This document shows, piece after piece, positions 1-7,393 of a DNA stretch of 27,721 nucleotides. Each line of letters opens with the position of its first letter. Within the stretch, counting starts at the first letter, position 1. Where the stretch lies: assembly GCA_900322105.1 (NCBI GenBank), contig ONYV01000012.1:1726-29446 (forward strand), read 5' to 3'. A program made the position numbers and the translations under genes. The stretch is from an uncultured Eubacteriales bacterium. GTDB taxonomy: Bacteria; Bacillota; Clostridia; Oscillospirales; Acutalibacteraceae. The notes under the pieces were generated by a model. The model did no database searches and was not told the DNA's origin. It was given only the letters and a program-made list of their open reading frames with translations.

Positions 1-429
1 AGAAACCGCGGCGAAGACGGCATCTGCAGCGGCGATGACTTCACCCGTACCAAGCGTCAGAGAAATGTTATCGGCATCATTATTGACGATCTGAAAGGGT
101 CTGATGTTCCGACGCTTTTATCTGTGATCTATGAGATCGGTCCGCTCATCACTACCAATATCAAGACCTCCGAGATCACCTCTTTGGCAGGCGATATGCC
201 GTCTTATCTGAAATACCCGATCGTTTCAGAAGCCGCTCCTCGTGTCAGCGGCATCGGCTCTGTGTTCAGCTTCTCGGATGAATATCGTCCTGTCTACATT
301 GACGGCGTTTTCTCCTCCGTTATCCTCATCAACGACTGGAACGATTTCCGTCAGCAAATCGCTGAATTTTTGTACGAAGAACAGGTCGTGCGTCATGATA
401 CAGCGGAAAGCACCGTTTCGGGCGAATGA
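1..429 (+). CDS. LCP (LytR-CpsA-Psr) family protein, C-terminal part (5' truncated by window edge)
   Basis: Frame 1 is open from base 1: RNRGEDGICSGDDFTRTKRQRNVIGIIIDDLK, matching the LCP R-x-R...GD-x2-R-x2-RQR motif. It continues into the listed 124..429 ORF and ends at TGA 427-429. Confidence 0.8.
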   Translation, partial: RNRGEDGICSGDDFTRTKRQRNVIGIIIDDLKGSDVPTLLSVIYEIGPLITTNIKTSEITSLAGDMPSYLKYPIVSEAAPRVSGIGSVFSFSDEYRPVYIDGVFSSVILINDWNDFRQQIAEFLYEEQVVRHDTAESTVSGE

Positions 430-457
430 CCCGTTCGCAAAACGACACACATACAAA

Positions 458-494
458 AAAGACTGATGAACCAATTGCGGTCTCATCAGTCTTT
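458..494. terminator. Bidirectional intrinsic terminator between convergent genes
   Basis: Perfect 12-bp inverted repeat AAAGACTGATGA (458-469) / TCATCAGTCTTT (483-494), with an A run before and a T-rich run after. Confidence 0.8.
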
Positions 495-583
495 ATGTTT
501 TTCCTTATCAAACAAAGTCGGTTTTCAAACGGTCAGCCCTTTCCCTCATCATACAGGATAGGACGTACCACACGTCTGCATCA

Positions 584-1219
584 TTAGAATTCCTCTTCTG
601 ACTTTGGCGCAAAGGGTACGGTATCGAACACCTCCGCCACACGGTCTCTCATCCAGAGCATGGGTGTGATCCTGAGGGCAAAGCCATAGCCGTTGTCCAT
701 CCTCCAGCGGTAACTTTCCGCCTGCGGAATGCCGTACATCGAAAGCAGCGTCATGATCACACCGCCGTGTGTTATGACCGCCGCACTTTTTGTATTGCGT
801 GCAGACATCTCTTCCACGATACGTTCAAATCCACGGCTGATCCTTGCGGCGAACTGTTTTCCGCTTTCCCCTTTTGGAGGCGGCGTCTTGTCGGAATTTT
901 GCAGCCACTGCGCAAAGACAGGATCGCCTGCCAGGTCGGCTGCGCTCTTTCCCTCCCATTCGCCGAAATTGCATTCACTGAGTGCGCCGACGATCCTGAC
1001 ATCTCTGCCCGGATACAGTATCGAGCAGGTCTCGATACAGCGCAGCAGCGGACTGGTATAGATCTCTTCCGCATTCGGATAGCCGAACTGTTCAGCGATC
1101 TCTTTGAGTGTCTGCCGTCCGCGGTTTGACAAATGAACATCTGTCTGTCCGATATACCGTCCCTTATTTGTTTCCTCTACCGCGCCGTGGCGGATCAAAT
1201 AAATCGTGTATGACTGCAT
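584..1219 (-). CDS. Histidine phosphatase superfamily protein (phosphoglycerate mutase/CobC-like)
   Basis: LIRHG motif, SPLLRCIET, LSECNFGEWEG, GES and VITHGG motifs. Confidence 0.9.
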   Translation of the reverse strand: MQSYTIYLIRHGAVEETNKGRYIGQTDVHLSNRGRQTLKEIAEQFGYPNAEEIYTSPLLRCIETCSILYPGRDVRIVGALSECNFGEWEGKSAADLAGDPVFAQWLQNSDKTPPPKGESGKQFAARISRGFERIVEEMSARNTKSAAVITHGGVIMTLLSMYGIPQAESYRWRMDNGYGFALRITPMLWMRDRVAEVFDTVPFAPKSEEEF

Positions 1220-1352
1220 TGTTTTCTTCCTTTACTTTTTTATAATAATGATAAGATGCGTCACGAACCGAAATTGGCGCACCCATAGAAAAGATATACA
1301 GAAAAGATAAATAAAACAGCGTATTTTGTACATAAGAAAACCAAAAAAAAAC

Positions 1353-1381
1353 TTTACAAATTGTTTTGAATGGTATATAAT
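1353..1381 (+). promoter_or_regulatory. sigmaA-type promoter for the XRE gene
   Basis: TTTACA (1353-1358), 17-nt spacer, TATAAT (1376-1381). Confidence 0.6.
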
Positions 1382-1458
1382 TTACATACTGTTTATTTTG
1401 ATCGATATGGTCGACTTATGCCCTTTTTTCAGAAAGCACAGTCACACCTTTCGTTATC

Positions 1459-1487
1459 ACTATAATATCTTTTGTAATTTTTGTCAA
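1459..1487 (-). promoter_or_regulatory. sigmaA-type promoter on the minus strand, facing the plus-strand promoter
   Basis: Minus strand reads TTGACA (1487-1482), 17-nt spacer, TATAGT (1464-1459). Confidence 0.5.
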
Positions 1488-1501
1488 GAGGGAGGTGCAT
1501 T

Positions 1502-2206
1502 ATGGAAAACGATTTTCCAAGGATCGTAACGCTGCTTCGCAAGGAGCGGGGGCTTAGTCAGAAACAGGCGGCTCTTGAGCTTGGCGTATCGCAGGCGCTG
1601 CTGTCCCATTACGAAAAGGGCATCCGTGAATGCGGTCTTGATTTTCTTGTGAAGATCGCAGATTACTATCAGGTCTCCTGCGACTATCTTCTCGGACGCA
1701 GCTTAGAGCGCAGCAGTTCACCTGCGCAGGATAATGCACAAAGCCCTGTTGCTGTTCCATCCGACAACAGTAAGGACGAAACCTGCAAATCTGCCGCTTT
1801 GATCGCCATGAACAAAAAGCTCGCCCTCAATTCCTTACAGATCATTTTCAGTCTTTTGGAAGAGATCGACCACAAAGGACTTGCTTCCGAGCTGTCATCC
1901 TATCTGATGGTCACGATCTATAAAATGTTCCGTTCGGTCTATTCTGCGAATTTCAAGAATCCGCAGGCGATGTTCTCTGTGATACCGGAACTGTACGCAG
2001 GACTTTCCACAGCGCTGCAAAACATCGAGGAATCCAACATCAACTGTCTGTCTCTCGGCAAACCTGTCGGCAAGACTCCCGGCATCGAAACAAACGCTGT
2101 TCCCTATCTTTCTCCTGACGCTATCTCCAAAAAATATCCTGAATATGCGCCGTCCCTTTACAACCTCATTCGGGACACTGAGGACAGGATCAAAAAGATA
2201 CTCTGA
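1502..2206 (+). CDS. XRE-family helix-turn-helix regulator with uncharacterised C-terminal domain
   Basis: LLRKERGLSQKQAALELGVSQALLSHYEKGIRE...IADYYQVSCDYLLGR is an HTH_3-type signature. GGAGG RBS precedes ATG 1502, so the ORF-track start at 1481 is probably too early. Confidence 0.9.
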   Translation: MENDFPRIVTLLRKERGLSQKQAALELGVSQALLSHYEKGIRECGLDFLVKIADYYQVSCDYLLGRSLERSSSPAQDNAQSPVAVPSDNSKDETCKSAALIAMNKKLALNSLQIIFSLLEEIDHKGLASELSSYLMVTIYKMFRSVYSANFKNPQAMFSVIPELYAGLSTALQNIEESNINCLSLGKPVGKTPGIETNAVPYLSPDAISKKYPEYAPSLYNLIRDTEDRIKKIL

Positions 2207-2241
2207 AAAGCCGCTTCCATTATAAAGGATACGGCTTTTTT
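2206..2241 (+). terminator. Intrinsic terminator after the XRE gene
   Basis: AAAAGCCG (2206-2213) / CGGCTTTT (2232-2239) stem with inner TCC/GGA pairing, followed by a T run. Confidence 0.75.
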
Positions 2242-2253
2242 GTTGCCTTAAGC

Positions 2254-2293
2254 AAAAAATACCGTCCGCTGACATTCAAAGTGCAGCGAACGG
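2254..2293 (-). terminator. Intrinsic terminator for the CobW operon
   Basis: CCGTCCGCTG (2262-2271) / CAGCGAACGG (2284-2293) stem with one mismatch. The A6 at 2254-2259 gives the U tract on the minus strand. Confidence 0.65.
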
Positions 2294-2323
2294 CGTTTGT
2301 TTTTGTTGGCGTTTGTTTTTGTT
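2292..2323. repeat. Exact 16-bp tandem duplication
   Basis: GGCGTTTGTTTTTGTT at 2292-2307 and 2308-2323. Confidence 0.9.
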
Positions 2324-2384
2324 AAGGAATTCATATTAGACGGCAGCATTTGAGATACACATACACGCACCCTCTGACAAGGGA

Positions 2385-3338
2385 TTATGAAAAATATACG
2401 GTCTCTTCTTCAGGCTTCACTGCCGTTTTCACTTCGGTCACATACAGCATCGGACCTGTTTCACCGCCAAAAAGCGGATCACGCTCTGCCTTGATCTTTG
2501 CGGTGACGGTGTACCAGCCTTTGTTGGCAAGCGTTGAGGACTGATCCCATTTGCACAGGAAACCGACATAGCGGATATCCTCCACACAGCAGGTCATGGC
2601 AAACCGTCCGCCGACAAAGGTATTTGACGGCAGCTTGGGATTACGCGCCACCAGCGCCTTATACTGCACCGTTTTTCCGTCATAATCCTGCGGTTTGTCC
2701 ATTGCGTCCAAATACAGCAGTCCGAAATCCTCGTCCTTTACTTCGATCACGGGCGCATTTACATCGAACGGCAGCGGATCAACGATCTGATCGTTTTCCA
2801 CTGAACCGTCTTTGTACTCATACAGGATATTGGCGCGGCGGTTGATAGCACGGACGATGGTATGCAGCTTCATTTTGTCGATAGAGGCATCATAACGGTT
2901 AAAAAAGACGACCTCTGTTGCGCTGATCTTATCGTACACAAGCTGACGCATATTGCTGTTATACATATCGAATGTTCCTGAGTCCGCCGTCATCATGATC
3001 TGGAAGATCTGCCAGTTTTTCGGCAGCACCTGCGCTAAATCACTGAGCAGCCACATTCCGTTGTATTCGATCATGACCCTTTCAGCGCGCGCTTTTTTGG
3101 CGGCCTTTGACAGAAAATCTTCCGTCAGCTCGTCCTTGTCCTCTACCGTAACGATCGTGACATTTCGTCCGCCCGTATATTTGGAAGTGTCAAGTTCCTC
3201 CTCGCCTTCCTCACAGAGTACGACAAGGGTCTTTTCTCCTGTCATAAATTCTCTGTCACAGAGGTTTTCATGCATAAATCTTGTTTTGCCGCTGTCTAAA
3301 AAGCCCAAAAACAGATAGACAGGAATTATTTTTTCCAT
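2385..3338 (-). CDS. CobW/COG0523-like P-loop GTPase domain fused to a DUF1980/TIGR03943-like C-terminal domain
   Basis: N-terminal VYLFLGFLDSGKT Walker A, IEYNG and FNRYD. C-terminal YDGKTVQYKA...GRFAMTCCVED...KGWYTVTAKI resembles the soluble C-terminal domain of YcgQ-type proteins (recognised from memory, not searched). Confidence 0.7.
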   Translation of the reverse strand: MEKIIPVYLFLGFLDSGKTRFMHENLCDREFMTGEKTLVVLCEEGEEELDTSKYTGGRNVTIVTVEDKDELTEDFLSKAAKKARAERVMIEYNGMWLLSDLAQVLPKNWQIFQIMMTADSGTFDMYNSNMRQLVYDKISATEVVFFNRYDASIDKMKLHTIVRAINRRANILYEYKDGSVENDQIVDPLPFDVNAPVIEVKDEDFGLLYLDAMDKPQDYDGKTVQYKALVARNPKLPSNTFVGGRFAMTCCVEDIRYVGFLCKWDQSSTLANKGWYTVTAKIKAERDPLFGGETGPMLYVTEVKTAVKPEEETVYFS

Positions 3339-3375
3339 GACTCGTTCACTCCGTTTCCTATTCTTTCGTTCCGAT

Positions 3376-4488
3376 TCAGAACAGCTTTGACAGCGCTTCT
3401 TCGTTCAGCTTAGAGCCGATCACGCAGATCCTGCCTGTATAGTCTGCGCTGCCGCTGCGAACATCCGATTCCTCGGGAACATAGTCAAAGTGGATCCAGC
3501 TTCCGTCCTCGGCAGGAAGAATACCCTTTGCGCGCAGTACCATGCCGTAAGTTTCACTGTCCTCCAGCGCTTTCAGAATGGCTTCTACGCCCTCTTTGGT
3601 GTATTTCTTAGCCGTTTCTTTGCCCCAGCTGGTAAACACATCATCCGCATGGTGATGGTGATGATGATGGTGATGTTCATGCTCATCCTCGTCATGATCG
3701 TGGTGATGGTGATGCTCGTGTTCATCCTCGTCATGATCGTGGTGATGGTGATGTTCATGCTCATCCTCGTCATGATCGTGGTGGTGATGTTCGTGTTCGT
3801 CCTCGTCATGATCGTGGTGATGGTGGTGATGGTGACACTCACAGTCGGGGTCGTCACATTCTTCTTCATATACCACATCATCCACCGTCAGGAGTGCCTT
3901 GCCTTCGGTAGCGGCAAGGATCTGTGCGCCCGTCAGTTCATCCCAAGGTGTGGTTACGATTGCTGCCTTTTGGTTATGTTCTCTTAAAAGGGTGAGCGCC
4001 TGATCTAATTTCTCATCAGAAACATTCTGCGTTCTGCTGAGAATGATGGTGCTGGCGCTTTCGATCTGATTATTATAAAACTCTCCGAAATTCTTCATAT
4101 AGATCTTACACTTGGAAGCATCCGCTACTGTGATAAAACTGTTCAGCACGACTTCATCGCTTGCCACCGTTTTAACAGCGTTGATAACATCCGACAGTTT
4201 GCCCACACCTGACGGTTCGATAATGATCCTGTCAGGATGATACTGCTCCAGCACCTGATTGAGCGCCTTTCTGAAATCACCGACCAGAGAACAGCAGATA
4301 CAGCCTGAATTCATCTCATTGATCTGTATGCCTGCTTCTTTCAGAAATCCGCCGTCAATGCCGATCTCTCCGAATTCATTTTCGATCAGAACGAGCTGTT
4401 CGTTCTGATAACCTTCTTTGATGAGCTTTTTGATGAGCGTTGTCTTGCCTGCGCCTAAAAAGCCCGAAAAAATGTCGATCTTTGTCAT
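3376..4488 (-). CDS. COG0523/CobW-family metallochaperone GTPase with His-rich linker
   Basis: SGFLGAGKTT, IENEFG, SGCICCS (CxCC), IEPSG and a CobW_C-like C-terminus (VLRAKG...GRICVIG). Start moved to ATG 4488 (MTKIDIF), which follows a GGAAAGGAAGAG RBS. Confidence 0.92.
   Translation of the reverse strand: MTKIDIFSGFLGAGKTTLIKKLIKEGYQNEQLVLIENEFGEIGIDGGFLKEAGIQINEMNSGCICCSLVGDFRKALNQVLEQYHPDRIIIEPSGVGKLSDVINAVKTVASDEVVLNSFITVADASKCKIYMKNFGEFYNNQIESASTIILSRTQNVSDEKLDQALTLLREHNQKAAIVTTPWDELTGAQILAATEGKALLTVDDVVYEEECDDPDCECHHHHHHHDHDEDEHEHHHHDHDEDEHEHHHHHDHDEDEHEHHHHHDHDEDEHEHHHHHHHHHADDVFTSWGKETAKKYTKEGVEAILKALEDSETYGMVLRAKGILPAEDGSWIHFDYVPEESDVRSGSADYTGRICVIGSKLNEEALSKLF
3649..3834 (-). repeat. 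His/acidic coding tandem repeat inside the CobW gene
   Basis: 62 codons: H7-(DHDEDEHE)-H4-(DHDEDEHE)-H5-(DHDEDEHE)-H5-(DHDEDEHE)-H9; 38 His. Confidence 0.95.
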
Positions 4489-4564
4489 AACCGATCTCTT
4501 CCTTTCCATTTTCTGTAAACTCGGTAAACTTACTGTGACTTTCAGCATTTTACGTCCGTCCTAT

Positions 4565-4593
4565 ATTATATACCATTTATCCCGAAATTTCAA
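4565..4593 (-). promoter_or_regulatory. sigmaA-type promoter of the CobW operon
   Basis: Minus strand TTGAAA (4593-4588), 17-nt spacer, TATAAT (4570-4565). Confidence 0.65.
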
Positions 4594-4664
4594 TGCCGGA
4601 GATACGCTTTGTTTCGGGCAATAGTACCTGTAATGCACCATCATTTCTTTTTTCGTTCATCCTA

Positions 4665-5312
4665 TCATACCTCATGATCCGCAAAAAGCGTTTCGCACTC
4701 TTTCATCAGCTCGTCAGGCTGAAAGATGATCGGCGGCTGCTCATTTTCTGCATAGTATGACAAGATATAGTCGGGATATGCTTTTGTGTGAATATGCGCC
4801 ATTTCAGGAAGCGCTGACGTAATGCCCGAAAATGCCCGTGACATTCCCTCTCCTGTCAGTTTGGAAAAGCATTCTTTTCTTGTCCAGTATTTCAAAAAGC
4901 AGGTGTCGGGGTCGCTGTCCTGAAGGATAATACGCTGTTCTTCATCCGAACAGACTCTTTTCATGACGTTGTTTTTCAGTTTGCGGCGGTCTGTCAGATC
5001 AAGGGAGGTATTGCGATCGGACACGATACAGCCGAGAGCAGTCTTGCAATGACTGATGTTAAAATGAATGTGCGTATCATTTTTCAGAAACGGCTTGTCA
5101 TGCTCACCGAATGTGAAGATCGGTTGTTCCCTGATGCCGTACTCACGGTACAAAGCAACTCTCAGCAGCAGATAAGCGCCGCACCCGTCTGCTTTGTCGT
5201 GCAGTGAACCATACGCTCCGATCTTCTCCCTGCGCTGCAAACTCAGGAATCTCATGCCGCCGTCCAGAAAGTCTTCCCCCAGACCCATCGTGTTTTCCAG
5301 CAGATACAGCAT
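4665..5312 (-). CDS. Sfp-type 4'-phosphopantetheinyl transferase
   Basis: GEHDKPFL, HFNISH and YWTRKECFSKLTGEG (WxxKExxxK) motifs. GGAGTG RBS. Confidence 0.85.
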   Translation of the reverse strand: MLYLLENTMGLGEDFLDGGMRFLSLQRREKIGAYGSLHDKADGCGAYLLLRVALYREYGIREQPIFTFGEHDKPFLKNDTHIHFNISHCKTALGCIVSDRNTSLDLTDRRKLKNNVMKRVCSDEEQRIILQDSDPDTCFLKYWTRKECFSKLTGEGMSRAFSGITSALPEMAHIHTKAYPDYILSYYAENEQPPIIFQPDELMKECETLFADHEV

Positions 5313-5361
5313 ATACTCACTCTCCTTTTGTATCTGAACTTTCTGCGTTGTGATGTTCTAT

Positions 5362-5390
5362 ATTGTATCAATATCCCTGCAGCTTGTCAA
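5362..5390 (-). promoter_or_regulatory. sigmaA-type promoter (extended -10) for the PPTase gene
   Basis: Minus strand TTGACA (5390-5385), 17-nt spacer ending TGA, TACAAT (5367-5362). Confidence 0.7.
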
Positions 5391-5553
5391 ATCCTTACAA
5401 AACGGCAAGGGACAGACGTCTTCCGAAAAAGCAAGAGCTGTACTCCCTCTCCGACCGATCATGACTGCTGTCACAAAGAGATCTGAGATTTCACCAAAAA
5501 CTCCGTGAATCTTACAATATTGTTACGGAAAGAAAGAAATAGATCATAAAACC

Positions 5554-5583
5554 TTGCATTTTGTATGTGGTTTGTGTTATAAT
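5554..5583 (+). promoter_or_regulatory. sigmaA-type promoter (extended -10) for the PASTA protein gene
   Basis: TTGCAT (5554-5559), 18-nt spacer ending TGT, TATAAT (5578-5583). Confidence 0.6.
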
Positions 5584-5662
5584 CAATTGGATATAACGGC
5601 AGGGAATACCGTACAGCCCTGTCAGGTGATAAAATCAGTACGGAGAATGGCGGAATGATGCT

Positions 5663-7285
5663 ATGGCTCAGCTATGTCTTGGCTGTATGCAAAAAAACAA
5701 CGGAGAAAAGATCTGTCCGATCTGCGGATTTAACCGTGATACGGTGCAGAACGCTCCTTTTATGCCTCTTGGTACAGAGCTTCAGGAGGGTAACTATATT
5801 GTAGGAAAAAAACTCAGCAACAACGCTGAGGGCGCAAAGTATATCGGCTACAGCAAAACGATGGGAACGACGGTTGTCATCAGCGAATTTATGCCGGCAG
5901 GCATCTGCGGCCGTGCCAATGGCAAAAAGAAAGTCGTCATCCGTTCGGGCTATGAAGACCAATATCAGCAGCTCAACGAAGAGTTTCTCAGCTACTATCG
6001 GAACATCGCCCGTCAGAGAGAGTTGACTTCCATCGCTCCGATCTTTGATATTTTCAGCGAAAACGGCGTTTCCTATACCGTTTCCGAGTATTACGATTCC
6101 ATTCCCTTTACAGAATATATCGACCGCCGCAGCGGCAGCATTGACTGGAATACGGCTCGTCCGCTGTTTATGCCGCTGATCACCACTCTGTCGGCGCTTC
6201 ACGCTTCGGGCATCGGTCATTATGCGATCTCACCCGAAAATCTTGTCGTCACAAGCTCCGGAAAGCTCCGTCTGACAGATTTTGCGCTCAAGGAGCTTCG
6301 TCAGACAGGCAGCTTCTTCACACCCGAACTGATGGATGGCTGCGCTGCTCCCGAACAGTATAAGGAGATCGGCGTGCTGGATGAAGCAACAGACGTTTAC
6401 GGCTTTACGGCTACTCTGTTCTATGCGCTCACAGGACGTTTGCCTGAAAACAGCAACGAAAGAAAGGCGGACGGCAAGCTCTCTATCCCGACATCCGTAT
6501 TCAAGCGTCTGCCGCCGCATATCGTTTCTGCGCTTTCGGGCGGCTTGCAGGTACAGAAGCTGAACCGTATCGCAACCTTTGAAGAAATGCGTACACAGCT
6601 TTCCTCTGCGCCGACCGTCAAAGCCATCCAGAACGAAGCGAACCGCAGCGCAATCCAGAGTGAAGTTGCCAAAAACTACACGCCGCGCAAAAAAGACGGC
6701 GTTCCCGGTTTTGTATGGGGGATTCTGACAGTGCTGACCTGTCTGCTCATCCTGCTGGGCGTCGGCATTTACTGGATCACCAACAATCCCGATTCCTTCA
6801 ACAGCTTTATCTCAGGCAAACAGGAAGATACCGAAGAGGATTCTATCCCTGCGGATGTCGATCCCGATTTGGTAACGATCCCCGATCTGGTCGGTCAGCG
6901 TTATGACGATCTTGTCGCAAAGATCGGCACAGGCTCTGACTATGTTCTCATCAAAACAGAAGACGAGATCAGCGATAAATACGAGCAGGGTATGATCAAA
7001 TCCCAGAGTCCCGAACCCGGTCTTACCGCAAAAAAAGGCGTGACGATCGTTGTCACCGTCAGCATGGGATCTGCCGAAAGAGAACTTCCCGCGATCGCAG
7101 GTCAGTCTGTCGAAACGGCAGTACGTGCGCTCAATGCACAGGGCTTTGTTGCATCGGGCATCTATGTATCAAGCGATACCGTAGAAGCCGGCAAGGTCAT
7201 TGGCTACACCAGCCATAATGCAGGCGACAAGGAAAGATACGGCTCTACTGTCGTCATCCAGATCAGCACAGGTCCTGAACCGTGA
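5663..7285 (+). CDS. Membrane Hanks-type kinase-fold protein (probable pseudokinase) with N-terminal Cys ribbon, one TM helix and two PASTA domains
   Basis: CLGC...CPICG; kinase subdomain remnants (ISPENL, LTDFA, APEQY, TDVY, LTGRLP); TM FVWGILTVLTCLLILLGVGIYWI; PASTA repeats IPDLVGQ...SQSPEPG...VTVSMG and LPAIAGQ...IQISTG. Confidence 0.85.
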   Translation: MAQLCLGCMQKNNGEKICPICGFNRDTVQNAPFMPLGTELQEGNYIVGKKLSNNAEGAKYIGYSKTMGTTVVISEFMPAGICGRANGKKKVVIRSGYEDQYQQLNEEFLSYYRNIARQRELTSIAPIFDIFSENGVSYTVSEYYDSIPFTEYIDRRSGSIDWNTARPLFMPLITTLSALHASGIGHYAISPENLVVTSSGKLRLTDFALKELRQTGSFFTPELMDGCAAPEQYKEIGVLDEATDVYGFTATLFYALTGRLPENSNERKADGKLSIPTSVFKRLPPHIVSALSGGLQVQKLNRIATFEEMRTQLSSAPTVKAIQNEANRSAIQSEVAKNYTPRKKDGVPGFVWGILTVLTCLLILLGVGIYWITNNPDSFNSFISGKQEDTEEDSIPADVDPDLVTIPDLVGQRYDDLVAKIGTGSDYVLIKTEDEISDKYEQGMIKSQSPEPGLTAKKGVTIVVTVSMGSAERELPAIAGQSVETAVRALNAQGFVASGIYVSSDTVEAGKVIGYTSHNAGDKERYGSTVVIQISTGPEP

Positions 7286-7347
7286 TCGTGCAAAGCAGAT
7301 AAAGCCGCTCACACTGTATGATTTATCACACAGTTTCAAAAAAACAC

Positions 7348-7381
7348 CGCCCTTATTACTGTTCCATCAGCAATAAGGGCG
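7348..7381. terminator. Bidirectional intrinsic terminator between convergent genes
   Basis: CGCCCTTATT (7348-7357) / AATAAGGGCG (7372-7381) perfect 10-bp stem plus inner CTG/CAG, with A-rich and T-rich flanks. Confidence 0.75.
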
Positions 7382-7393
7382 ATTTTATATCTG

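Noticed and set aside
1220-1452. Possible cobalamin riboswitch upstream of the CobC-like phosphatase
   Set aside because: The leader is AT-rich with no B12-box or stable helices; the cobC name was also withheld because no cob genes are adjacent.
3490-3987. 165-aa plus-strand ORF rich in Met/Val/Ile that looks like a membrane protein
   Set aside because: It is the antisense reading of the His/Asp/Glu codon repeat in the CobW gene.
4489-4620. Zur box upstream of the COG0523 operon
   Set aside because: No inverted repeat resembling the Firmicute Zur consensus was found, so Zn regulation is unsupported here.
5514-5523. Palindrome ACAATATTGT upstream of the pseudokinase promoter
   Set aside because: A 10-bp AT-rich palindrome is too short to separate from chance and has no second copy.
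7313-7334. Dyad ACTGTATGAT-TT-ATCACACAGT after the pseudokinase stop
   Set aside because: It lies in a convergent 3' region with a 2-nt loop; no functional context.
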